Shown here piece after piece: positions 30,301 through 37,598 of a stretch of 61,444 nt of DNA. Source of the DNA: Candidatus Uhrbacteria bacterium. Lineage in GTDB: Bacteria > Patescibacteriota > Patescibacteriia > UBA9934. The notes beneath the pieces were generated by a model, which was not told the DNA's origin, made no database searches, and worked only from the letters and a program-made list of their open reading frames with translations. Position numbers and translations under genes: made by a program. Where the stretch lies: NCBI GenBank assembly GCA_943350635.1, contig CALRAI010000002.1, positions 1-61,444 on the forward strand. The letters run 5' to 3'. Each line of letters begins with the position of its first letter. Positions within the stretch are counted from its first letter, which is position 1.

Positions 30301-33255
30301 GATATGTACCGCTTGGCGTATGTCGCTGGCGCATGTGACCCCATCGCAGATGATTATGGCGACCTTTGTTACGTTGGATACTGTGCGAATACAGGCTCCC
30401 CATGTTCGTCAACGGAAAGTTGTGGAACCGATGGCGGATCATGTGTTATCGGTTCATGTTATGAGGTTTCGACAACGGCATGTGCCTCTGATACGGACTG
30501 TCCAACGTCTGGCGATACGTGTTTGAGTGGATTTTGTGCAACACAAGGGTATGACGCGATCATCGACGACTATCTCGCAAGTTTTCCAGAGCTTTCCTGC
30601 GACACCGGTGAAACAATGTACCCCTCCGTCAATTTCAAAGCCGGAACCTGTATGCGCAACGAATGTATTCTCACCCCAACCGGCAGTACCTTCGACGTTG
30701 CCACAGCCGAAGCCAAGAGCTGCCGCGGCTACCCAGAAATTAACAGCCCGTTCCCGAATAGTGTGGTAGAGACGTGGATTAATCCAATCACAAAAGTAGA
30801 ATTAACAGAAGGTGTTGAAGGTTTTATTGGGGCGGTGCCGTATACGTATTTAAGCAATTTTGAAAACGCACAGGTTTGTCAGCCCGGAGAAGACTGTAGT
30901 TGTTCATACAAAAAAGTGACATACGGCGAACAAAACGTCTTGAAAGTATTTGGTCGCGATTCGGATTTCCCAACAGGAAGCTCTGACATCGGTGTGTGTG
31001 TTGGCGGAGATTATGACGGCGCTTTCTGTAGTGCGAACAATACATATTACAATGACTCCTCTACAGCAATTGATGGACACGCCATTGTGAGCGAATCCAG
31101 CTCTTGTGAGTCCGCTACTTATGGTAGTGGCACGTGTACATACCCAAGTCTAACAAACGATGTTGTTGGTATGGACGGGTATTGTCTGGAGCGCGATAGT
31201 TCAAATAATATTCTTGGGGACAGAGATCTCAATGCCTGTCTTACCTGGCTGCCGGTAGATCAACTTGCGGGATCAACAGACCTTTATGCGAAATATACGA
31301 GTGCGGGTTTTGACGGAGAGGCATATTACTGTGGAGAGGTGAACCTCTTCAATAACGTCTATACGTTGTTTGGATGCGCTGAAATCGATGGAGGATCTTC
31401 TTGCTCAAATGTGGTCGTCGTTGATGCAGATAGTAGTAACTACACAGATTGTAGATTCAGTATGCAATGCGCAGACGGATTCTTTGCTGTTGGAGGCCCG
31501 GCAACTACGGATGATGGGAGTTCAACGTCATCAGCGCAGTGTCAGAGTGGTGTGGCTGCTTGTCCATACCGTTGCGTACCAATGAACTCGGTACACTCCG
31601 GTTCTGGAGAGAAATGCGGACCGCCATCATCGGATACGTACGAGCATATTTTGGATACCGGTGATTCTTGCTATCTTGATACTCCGTTTTACTTCACTGG
31701 TGATTACGCAGAAACGGATACGCTGCTGAATGACTATTCGGATTGTATCTTTTACGGTGCTTCCGGTGATGACGAACTTGGAATTACCGACTTCTCGGAG
31801 TCGGCTGACCTAAATGGTGATTCAACGGAAGAAAATGGCGGTGATGACTACTATATCGAAGGAGGATCTGGTTCCACGGATGCTTTATACCGAGGTGAGG
31901 CATATCCCACTTGTCAGTCGCTTCTACAAGTAGCGAATAATGATACTAGCGAATATAACTACGCGTGGACGGATCGTGTGGCGAACTCGATGAGCGCATC
32001 GTTTCCGTCTATTGATGCTGGAAATCTTACCTATACGTACTCTGTTGCTAACACTCCGTTCGGCGCATCTATTTCGCCAGCAGATGCGGAAGCAGGGCTA
32101 GACAGCGCGGGGGATCCGGTGCCGGCCGTTGTTGCAGCGTGTGGTTCTCCATCGTTATATGGCGGCGCTTCGCCTGCGGAAGAGGTAATTGATCCAACAC
32201 TCTGTGACGACGACACCGCAGATTCCTACGGGCCACTCTTTACGAATGACGGCACACCTCAGGCTCGTGAATATATTGCCTGGACTGCATCACGTATTGC
32301 AAAGAGTGATGGAAGTTATAGCGGGACGCTCGAAACATCGGAAGACCGAACGGATATCGCAGCGCGTTTGCAGCAGTTGTTTGCGAAGCCGCTTGGGTTG
32401 AATGCGTGGAGTAATTCGGGGTCATTGAGCGTTGGCGGATCACTGATCGGGACGTACGGTTCACGTGTTGATACTTCTTCGTACGGAGGCGGGGATTTCG
32501 ATTGGGATGTGAGAGCTGCCGAAGGCAACCCTCCCTCTGTCTGGGCCGTTGATCTCAATAATTGTTACAACGACGAGTGTGAGGAGGATGAAGCGCATGC
32601 GCTCACGTTGAACGAGCAGAACGAGGGGGATGTAGAGAGTGAACAATTTTACAGAGCGTATCTGAAATTTTACGCTGCAGCAGATAAAAATCAGTTACCG
32701 ATTCGGAAGGTGATGGTAGATTGGGGTGACGAGCCAGGAGAATATACAGGCTCCGACTCCAACGATAACTTCTATAAAAATCATCGTGGGTTGAATCCAG
32801 GAGAAGAGACATCAATTTGCGATAACTCTTCTTTGAAACCAACTTCATACGAATGGGGAATGACAGGCGATAGCTGCGATTCCAATTACTTCAGCTACAA
32901 CCACATCTACACCTGTAACCCTGCCGGATTGGATGAATGTGCATTAGGTGACGACGGCATGATTAGCAACTCTCCTTGTACCAACGACGGCGGCAATTCC
33001 TGCACCTTCCGTCCCCGCGTCCACATCCGCGACAACTGGGGATGGTGTACGGGAGTGTGTACGGATGGAAATGCCGCCGACGAAGGAGGATCGGCAGATG
33101 GGTGTTTTACGGGAGAAGATTATGGAATAAGTGATAGTGTGAGTGCGCAGAGAAGTGAGTGCGCTTACGGGATTTATCCAGATGAGACTCTTTATCCAGA
33201 TGTTGGAATAGATCCTTGGGTGTATTACGATGGATCAATAACTATTACACCATAA
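24322..33255 (+). CDS. Giant (2977 aa) secreted acidic Cys-rich surface protein
   Basis: Signal-peptide-like N-terminus ending ARA; dense Cys; two carbohydrate-binding-like modules (NPSFE...WFDQLQLE and FEDG...YLDNVMLRE); PKD-like VDWGD near the C-terminus. Confidence 0.88.
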   Translation: MKERLRKFLATGMLMIVMSAFSSSLLLYPNTARAEMPVIQITSLSDVAKWLVDALKAIGESALLASISTALINTTTYAADRLAYDAAVFVASGGNGEDPLFENRSVGDYFSDYGASVAGEALGAIDDTGILGNFSLCEPNASGVTLAFKFGIQAAFTRPEPSCDFNAVKENWNGFLSDVESMGEDPFGKNSLITTKLSGAFNPGENDFSVGIQLYSDVLNKAQTDAANSTLRTMFAGFFKEKTAFINGKVETPSEMIQKRLDDSIGESQEIRNKIQVQALADPKILTQIAKHAGSVFTNTLLSKVTEKLYDGLFGGIDQTDIDPFNADSVGTGNSSDARAAFREFLTATPVSIDNFSQLGEFSACPSSGKSLYNCVSDTNLVTAIGRAEAGSAMTIAEAIEEDLLNSSWPLIPSSDTARDQDQFCYSYGYCHGNLVKLRKARIISTGWELAAESAANSAGSPVTLGEVVDAFNDCSDTGELDDNHPWCHLIDPNWILKYPATQCKAQVYGEQLVASVTDQRQDVCVDMPSCIDTDSNGQCTGGYGYCVREQNTWQFRGEECPDYYASCLTLEDPEGTEKNFIMNTTNSDNCTADNAGCLWYATQMEDDGTDTSTFAFPDYSDTTVFAAAEAATDIYKNRIYFTSAVAECDSSGAGCRELVSRADGVTLNMISNPSFEKDEDEDGVPDGWVMGAADEQFSIDSTVMLDGSSAVNPGTGIFYQPGIVLTQGAEYTYSVYARQGSSTGVATSALLTLGRSDGVAIDLNGYALEGDCNIYASEENILEIVGTPSSTTYERFSCTFTVPTLEDSTVEIAAFVDVMGGDLWFDQLQLEQESEASDYHEGYSDTVLDLSYVKVAPAYLGCTGDPDTDATNCADYATMCLETDVGCSLYTPSNGDPSVAGITDSLDECPEECVGYDTFKQEATNYEPDGEFPVYFIPDSADTCSAQAVGCDEFTNIATEASSYFTSLRSCITPTQAALNSTTSDDSAVFYTWEGSDTSGYQLKTWNLLESDMGATAYTYADSGEINTAPNAAPCTTWVATATGITCNDDIAGVLTSDSADCDEHDDIITNPDCREFYDASGVIHYRSWSKTVTVDSACVTYRKTDIASSSTTTASANCGNSGGYFDSVITQCRYYGFVEESIECSASESGCREYTGGRSRDSRQALAEYFEDGLTSWDAASATNVTVSNESIATDGHSLLSNAESVWTYVGDYGSTCASDDGCTPTAGTLGGTCTAANGDQYCGTLDDQLYGDKTYTLSFWAKGTGTLMFGFDESLIDGTRAVDVSFVQDPITLDTEWHEYSYGPLDMKSSEYPDFGDGSSALVFTPSIGGTFYLDNVMLREGEDNITVIKNSWITPASCDQTAEGTVSDQYMLGCQEYTDQNGAVAYLKSFNSLCEESQVGCSSYFMTQESDATGAAVYGAYCSMVDGSSTVYGAEATSATSCYYALNSAKTAYDTDSQFLCTIGVGQTSCEFDLNWYATLEDLTSYHPHLSYKGSTVISPADKDVFLVVNSDVECTSDVAGCTEVGLPTFSQDHTSVASWTSTYLMNIPADYATTLCTEKGLYCNAWTDGDGSTHYFKDPQDQTCEYRTDVTVDDVTYDGWFKTGLDEWCATTTTTATDTDGTIITTITPQYVIGGDVSGIWRNGDDDYSNWVGTCTDEYDSCTEYQDLTDLDSDDIYGVSDGTGYTYLNNDSLMDNSLPDSQKCNGQVSQKEGCALFNDSSEPSKTANMSATYVASKHADVLFGGAPNGMVDPIDCEDDNTTITTSTGATVDLCAKRCRYIADDYYDINGSDETYIYDGSCYDNTDCRPLASESNETIDGSCISTSDTALMLENDANTVLKVDRDRECSEWLSCSDSQTTWDERTNSYKTICGDIGLCTKYATDSGNASFCSAWSSDAPAEVLDQDVYSERDVSWYGEDYSGYAIPGTLPVDQLTQKNVAPPAGYCNTASSSDSTIAATNGIECSDDSECRPDGGGTSEHTYCPSESEDMYRLAYVAGACDPIADDYGDLCYVGYCANTGSPCSSTESCGTDGGSCVIGSCYEVSTTACASDTDCPTSGDTCLSGFCATQGYDAIIDDYLASFPELSCDTGETMYPSVNFKAGTCMRNECILTPTGSTFDVATAEAKSCRGYPEINSPFPNSVVETWINPITKVELTEGVEGFIGAVPYTYLSNFENAQVCQPGEDCSCSYKKVTYGEQNVLKVFGRDSDFPTGSSDIGVCVGGDYDGAFCSANNTYYNDSSTAIDGHAIVSESSSCESATYGSGTCTYPSLTNDVVGMDGYCLERDSSNNILGDRDLNACLTWLPVDQLAGSTDLYAKYTSAGFDGEAYYCGEVNLFNNVYTLFGCAEIDGGSSCSNVVVVDADSSNYTDCRFSMQCADGFFAVGGPATTDDGSSTSSAQCQSGVAACPYRCVPMNSVHSGSGEKCGPPSSDTYEHILDTGDSCYLDTPFYFTGDYAETDTLLNDYSDCIFYGASGDDELGITDFSESADLNGDSTEENGGDDYYIEGGSGSTDALYRGEAYPTCQSLLQVANNDTSEYNYAWTDRVANSMSASFPSIDAGNLTYTYSVANTPFGASISPADAEAGLDSAGDPVPAVVAACGSPSLYGGASPAEEVIDPTLCDDDTADSYGPLFTNDGTPQAREYIAWTASRIAKSDGSYSGTLETSEDRTDIAARLQQLFAKPLGLNAWSNSGSLSVGGSLIGTYGSRVDTSSYGGGDFDWDVRAAEGNPPSVWAVDLNNCYNDECEEDEAHALTLNEQNEGDVESEQFYRAYLKFYAAADKNQLPIRKVMVDWGDEPGEYTGSDSNDNFYKNHRGLNPGEETSICDNSSLKPTSYEWGMTGDSCDSNYFSYNHIYTCNPAGLDECALGDDGMISNSPCTNDGGNSCTFRPRVHIRDNWGWCTGVCTDGNAADEGGSADGCFTGEDYGISDSVSAQRSECAYGIYPDETLYPDVGIDPWVYYDGSITITP

Positions 33256-33261
33256 ACGCAA

Positions 33262-33293
33262 CATCGGAGCCGCCCCGTAGGGTGGCTCCGATG
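33262..33293. terminator. Bidirectional terminator hairpin
   Basis: CATCGGAGCCGCCC-CGTA-GGGTGGCTCCGATG between convergent genes. Confidence 0.75.
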
Positions 33294-33320
33294 CGTTTTT
33301 GCGCGCTCTTCTTTCGCGCG

Positions 33321-34115
33321 TTACTGGGAACAGGTCACGTCGGACGTTGTGCCGAAGTCCTCGCTGACAACCGTCAACGAGAAATTCTGCTTGCCGATCT
33401 GGGATTCTGTGATATAGACGATTTCGTCATCCACCACCACGAGGCTCAGTTGATCATCTTCCGCCTGCAGGTAGTCGTCCGCGGCGCCGACTACGCCCCA
33501 GTTCGCATGGTCGTCTTCCGCTTCTACAATGCCGTTCTTGTTCATCACTATATGGGTCGGGTCGAAGTCGTTGCTGTAGCCGTACGCCCCCTTCAGATCC
33601 GGCGCCGAGGCGTCGTATCGGTAGAGGTCGTAGCTGCAGGCGTAGTCGCCCGGCTCGAAGAGGTTGAAGAGATCGAACCGGCCCGGGATTTCGTCGCCGT
33701 TCTCCACGGAGATGTCGGCGGGGGGCGCGGCCCAGTATTCGCCTTCCTGGTCAACCTGCACCGGGAAACCGAACTGCTCGGTGTACGAGCTGTCGCCGGC
33801 GGTCACGGTGTAGTCGGCGGGGGCGAGGACTTCGATCGCGGTTCCGGAAATTTCCGTGACGTCGCCGATGTTCACGAGGCTGTCCTCGATCACGCCGAGT
33901 CGGTACACGGTGTAGGTGAGCGTTGCAGTTCCGACGGGCGTGTCGCTATCCCCGCTGTCGCAGCTCGAGACGCAGTCGCCGTTCGCGTCCACCTGGGTGT
34001 CGTCCGTGGTGGGGACGTCCGTGGTGGAGGAACAGGCGTCGGCGCAGGTGTCGCCGGAGCAGGCGGAGAGGGAGAGGGACACGATGAGGGAGGGAACGAT
34101 GGAACGGAGGGTCAT
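33321..34115 (-). CDS. GC-rich acidic putative lipoprotein
   Basis: MTLRSIVPSLIVSLSLSAC lipobox; D/T/S-rich; C/G-ending codons. Confidence 0.75.
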   Translation of the reverse strand: MTLRSIVPSLIVSLSLSACSGDTCADACSSTTDVPTTDDTQVDANGDCVSSCDSGDSDTPVGTATLTYTVYRLGVIEDSLVNIGDVTEISGTAIEVLAPADYTVTAGDSSYTEQFGFPVQVDQEGEYWAAPPADISVENGDEIPGRFDLFNLFEPGDYACSYDLYRYDASAPDLKGAYGYSNDFDPTHIVMNKNGIVEAEDDHANWGVVGAADDYLQAEDDQLSLVVVDDEIVYITESQIGKQNFSLTVVSEDFGTTSDVTCSQ

Positions 34116-34250
34116 TGAAGCACCATGGGGTTGAGAAGTGTCTGAAAAACGGGACAAAGTTGCACTATGAATATAGCAGAAAAATGGGGTTTTGTATAGA
34201 GAAAGGGGAGAAATGGAATGAAATTATGGAAATATGCTATAGTTTTACAT

Positions 34251-34481
34251 ATGAATTCACGAGAAGCTTCCGCGCCTTTTTTTACCGAAACCCCAAGCGT
34301 TGGGAATCTTTTTCGAACCATTGGAGACGTCATTCGTGAATGGATTCGGATTCGAATACATGCATACCGTTATAAGCGGCTCGATTTTCGGCGGCTTCGC
34401 GATGAGGAGATTCCAGATGATTTACGGAAAGCCATTGATGCTGACCGTAATGCACCGGATGGAGATTTTGAAAATCTTTAG
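34251..34481 (+). CDS. Small hypothetical protein, putative antitoxin
   Basis: 76 aa with acidic C-terminus, 3 nt upstream of a RelE-like ORF. Confidence 0.5.
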   Translation: MNSREASAPFFTETPSVGNLFRTIGDVIREWIRIRIHAYRYKRLDFRRLRDEEIPDDLRKAIDADRNAPDGDFENL

Positions 34482-34484
34482 GGT

Positions 34485-34736
34485 ATGTCTGAAGTTCTTG
34501 AAATTATTGAGAATAAGCGTGTTCGTCCATATTTGGAAGCTCGAGGATTATATAAACAGTATCTCAAGGCGAAGCAGATTCTTTTATCCGGCGACCAAAT
34601 TCGCGTACATTTTAAAGAACGACAACCACAGGATTCTGGCGTGTGGTCGTTTCGTGTGAATAAACAATTTCGAGCGTTCGGCTTTTTTCGATCCCCGGGT
34701 CAATTTGCGGTCTCAAAAATCAACAATCATCAATAA
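34485..34736 (+). CDS. RelE/ParE-superfamily toxin-like protein
   Basis: Basic 83 aa; GVWSFRVNKQFRA and terminal INNHQ resemble RelE/HigB RNases. Confidence 0.65.
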   Translation: MSEVLEIIENKRVRPYLEARGLYKQYLKAKQILLSGDQIRVHFKERQPQDSGVWSFRVNKQFRAFGFFRSPGQFAVSKINNHQ

Positions 34737-34813
34737 GGGGCGCTCACAGTACGAAAAATATGTATACGTTATGTATAGTTTTTCGATAAATGTATAGGTT
34801 TCGGGCGTCGTCA

Positions 34814-34864
34814 TATGCCATACATTCACGATTATCATTGCTATAATCGTGAATGTATGGCATA
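34814..34864. promoter_or_regulatory. Perfect 22-bp inverted repeat upstream of fic (putative operator)
   Basis: TATGCCATACATTCACGATTAT-N7-ATAATCGTGAATGTATGGCATA; contains TGcTATAAT; extra half-site ATTCACGATTAT at 34876..34887. Confidence 0.7.
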
Positions 34865-34895
34865 ATTGTGATATAATTCACGATTATAAGCGCTT

Positions 34896-35768
34896 ATGCC
34901 AAGAACCAAATCGTATATTGGAGCAATCAAGGAGCTCAGAAAGCGGTATTATGCAGCGCTTTCCGGAAAGGAATCGCTCATAAAGCTCATAAGCGAGGTT
35001 GAGATTTCTGAACAGGTATATAACTCAAATGCTATTGAAAATAGTAGGCTAACACTGGAGGAAACCGAGAAGATTTTGTTGCAATTAGACTTGGATCGTT
35101 ACATTACTGAGCGCGAGCTGTTTGAAACAAAGAACCTCGCTCGTGTTGTTGCGTATATGGAAACTCGTTCTCACGAGCAGCCGTTAACCATGGAAGTCAT
35201 GCTGTTCTTGCACAAAATGTTACTGACAAATATTCGTGACGATATCGCTGGTCGGATTCGGATGCAGAACGAGTGGGTTCGTGTGGGGAGTCATATCGCT
35301 GCGAATCCAGCAGATATTCGCGAGCTTCTCGATACAATGTTTGGAGAATATGCTGCAAATTCTTCCGAACATATTGTGAAACGTATTGCGCGATTTCATT
35401 TGATGTTTGAGCACATCCATCCATTCGTCGATGGAAATGGTCGAATGGGGCGGGTGATGAATAATTATCTCTTGCTACGAGAAGGCTTTGTACCAATGGT
35501 TATCTTGTATGCAACTCGCGAAAAGTATTATCAGGCGTTTGCGGCATTTGATGCGAATGGATCCACAGCGCATATGGAGGATATTGTCGGCCTCGCGTTG
35601 CAAGAAAGCTATCACAAGCGCCTTGCGTACCTTGAAGGTAAGCGCATTGTGGCATTGAGCGCATACGGAAAAATGGAGAAAATCTCGTTGTCCGATCTAT
35701 TAAATAAGGCTCAGCGTCAAACGATTGAAGCATTTCGAGAGAAAGGAACATGGAAAATTGGAGTGTAA
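34896..35768 (+). CDS. Fic domain protein
   Basis: HPFVDGNGRMGR catalytic motif; SNAIEN inhibitory-helix-like motif. Confidence 0.94.
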   Translation: MPRTKSYIGAIKELRKRYYAALSGKESLIKLISEVEISEQVYNSNAIENSRLTLEETEKILLQLDLDRYITERELFETKNLARVVAYMETRSHEQPLTMEVMLFLHKMLLTNIRDDIAGRIRMQNEWVRVGSHIAANPADIRELLDTMFGEYAANSSEHIVKRIARFHLMFEHIHPFVDGNGRMGRVMNNYLLLREGFVPMVILYATREKYYQAFAAFDANGSTAHMEDIVGLALQESYHKRLAYLEGKRIVALSAYGKMEKISLSDLLNKAQRQTIEAFREKGTWKIGV

Positions 35769-35828
35769 AGTATACTAATGACACCGCGTACAAAGTATGA
35801 TATTGTCATATTATAAAATAATATTTAT

Positions 35829-36047
35829 ATGTCCACGCTTTCTGTGCCTCTAAGCCCAAGTCTCGAAGCCTTTATTCTTTCCATGGTCCAAAGCGGCCGT
35901 GCAGCAAATAAGGTTGATGTTGTGCGAAAAGCGTTGAAAAAGATGTCTGAAGATGAAGCAGTACGCGTTGTTCTCGAGGCGGAACAGGAGATTCGTGATG
36001 GGAAGGCGTTGCGTGGTGATTTGGATGTGCTCGCGTCGATGATATAG
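35829..36047 (+). CDS. Ribbon-helix-helix antitoxin (ParD-like)
   Basis: TLSVPLSPSLEAFILSMVQSGRAANKVDVVRKAL. Confidence 0.75.
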   Translation: MSTLSVPLSPSLEAFILSMVQSGRAANKVDVVRKALKKMSEDEAVRVVLEAEQEIRDGKALRGDLDVLASMI

Positions 36048-36051
36048 GTGT

Positions 36052-36306
36052 ATGAACATTGAGTATGCACCAAGTTTTATTCGCTCGTATAAAAAATTGC
36101 AGCAAGAGTGTAAAGAAGACGTCAAACGTACGATCGGTCTCTTTCAAACTGATATACATCATCCGGCGCTTCGTGTGCATAAACTGAGCGGTTCTCTGCA
36201 GGGGAAATACGCGCTTTCTTTGAACTATCGCGATCGTATTATTTTCCAATACGAAAAAAATGGCACCGCGACATTGCTCGCCATCGGCGACCACGACATG
36301 TACTGA
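36052..36306 (+). CDS. RelE/YafQ-like mRNA interferase toxin
   Basis: IEYAPSFIRSYKKL, LRVHKLSG, RIIF, IGDHDMY. Confidence 0.85.
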   Translation: MNIEYAPSFIRSYKKLQQECKEDVKRTIGLFQTDIHHPALRVHKLSGSLQGKYALSLNYRDRIIFQYEKNGTATLLAIGDHDMY

Positions 36307-36432
36307 TAGTTTCATCTTCACCTCCGCAGATACATCATGTTCATCTCCTAAACCCTTCAAGGAGCTGAATCATGGATTCGCAAATGTCCTTATGAATGTG
36401 CCCGGCAACAATGTGCATTCTGTAGGGCATAG

Positions 36433-36924
36433 TTATGCAGTACGTTGTGCAAGTTCCCGGCGCCAGGTAATGATTTCTGCTGCGGCAAGTGCGGCTTCGA
36501 TGCCTTTATTGAATCCATCATCTTTACTTCGTGCGGCAAGTTGCTCCATGGTAGTAATAGGAATCACCTCCATAATAATGGGGATTCCTTCGGAGAGCAT
36601 CACCTGACCAAAGTCCCGACTACACGCATCCGCGATCATTTCAAAGTGGTAGGTTTCTCCTTTCATGATGGCGCCGAAGACGATAATCGCGTCGTACGGC
36701 TTGTCCTTTGGTGCGCTCCGCATGATGGTTTGTGCGGCGAGTGGAAGCTCGAGCGATCCTGGAAGAATGTAGTGCTCTGGTTGCGGACAATCTGCGGCAA
36801 GAAGCATTTCTGTGCATTTGCTCACCATTCCGTCAATGTGTTCTCTGTACCACTTTGCTTGCAGAATCGCGATCTTTGCGCCGGGAATGCGTGGCATCGT
36901 CTTTTCGTCGAGGAGTACTTGCAT
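36433..36924 (-). CDS. ribH: 6,7-dimethyl-8-ribityllumazine synthase
   Basis: KIAILQAKW, LPGSLELPLAA, YDAIIVFGAIMKGETYHFEMI, NKGIEAA. Confidence 0.9.
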   Translation of the reverse strand: MQVLLDEKTMPRIPGAKIAILQAKWYREHIDGMVSKCTEMLLAADCPQPEHYILPGSLELPLAAQTIMRSAPKDKPYDAIIVFGAIMKGETYHFEMIADACSRDFGQVMLSEGIPIIMEVIPITTMEQLAARSKDDGFNKGIEAALAAAEIITWRRELAQRTA

Positions 36925-37098
36925 AAAGAATGCTAAGGGAAATAAAGAAGATTCATATTGAGTATAGAACCACTTTTGAAATTTACGCCAATCGCTGAAT
37001 ACATCGCGTATTCGTTTTTATCCACTTCTGTAAAAATACGTTTCTGGTAGACTAAAAAAGTCTTCCCCCAAGAGATGTTTATTTTTCTTTTTGTACCT

Positions 37099-37533
37099 AT
37101 GTTGAGCAAAAAAGATATCGCACTGTTGCGGGGAATGTTTAGTTCCCAAAAGCAAGAGATACGTGAAGAAACACAAGGGCTCCTTCACACCCAGAAGGAG
37201 GAGATACGTGAAGAAACGAAAGGGCTTCTTGGGATGCAGAAACAAGAGATACGTGAAGAAACGAAAGAACTTCTTCACACCCAGAAAGAGGAGATACATG
37301 AAGAAACGAAAAGGCTTCTTGGGATGCAGAAACAAGAGATTTACGAAGGCATTGATTCGCTTCTTCATGGTCAAAAGCGGGAGATTCTCGATGAGACGCG
37401 AGCACTGCTGCTGCAGACAGAAAAACGGATTATTAACGAAATTACTGAATTCATCGGTGAAGAAATTCTTCCGCAGATCGACGAACATACTCGAGAGATT
37501 GGGCTGATAAAACAAACGCTGAAACTCGCATAA
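37099..37533 (+). CDS. Coiled-coil protein with 15-aa tandem repeats
   Basis: About six QK(Q/E)EIREETKxLLxx units; paralog of 10895..11230. Confidence 0.8.
   Translation: MLSKKDIALLRGMFSSQKQEIREETQGLLHTQKEEIREETKGLLGMQKQEIREETKELLHTQKEEIHEETKRLLGMQKQEIYEGIDSLLHGQKREILDETRALLLQTEKRIINEITEFIGEEILPQIDEHTREIGLIKQTLKLA
37147..37416 (+). repeat. 45-nt tandem repeat with 90-nt higher-order period
   Basis: GAGATACGTGAAGAAAC recurs every 45 nt; CTTCACACC and CTTGGGATG endings alternate. Confidence 0.85.
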
Positions 37534-37598
37534 CACAAAAGGCCCCGTCCCCACGGGGTTTTGTGATTTTTGTAGATTTTCGTTACACTCTTCCTACT

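Noticed and set aside
33216..34118. 300-aa plus-strand ORF (likewise 19211..19975 + and 39464..40258 -)
   Set aside because: Antisense shadows of GC-rich genes; the opposite-strand frames have signal, lipobox or catalytic motifs.
37019..37027. DnaA-box-like TTATCCACT
   Set aside because: Single imperfect box with no cluster or dnaA nearby; not evidence for oriC.
37147..37416. Possible CRISPR array
   Set aside because: Contiguous in-frame 45-nt coding repeats without unique spacers; no cas genes.
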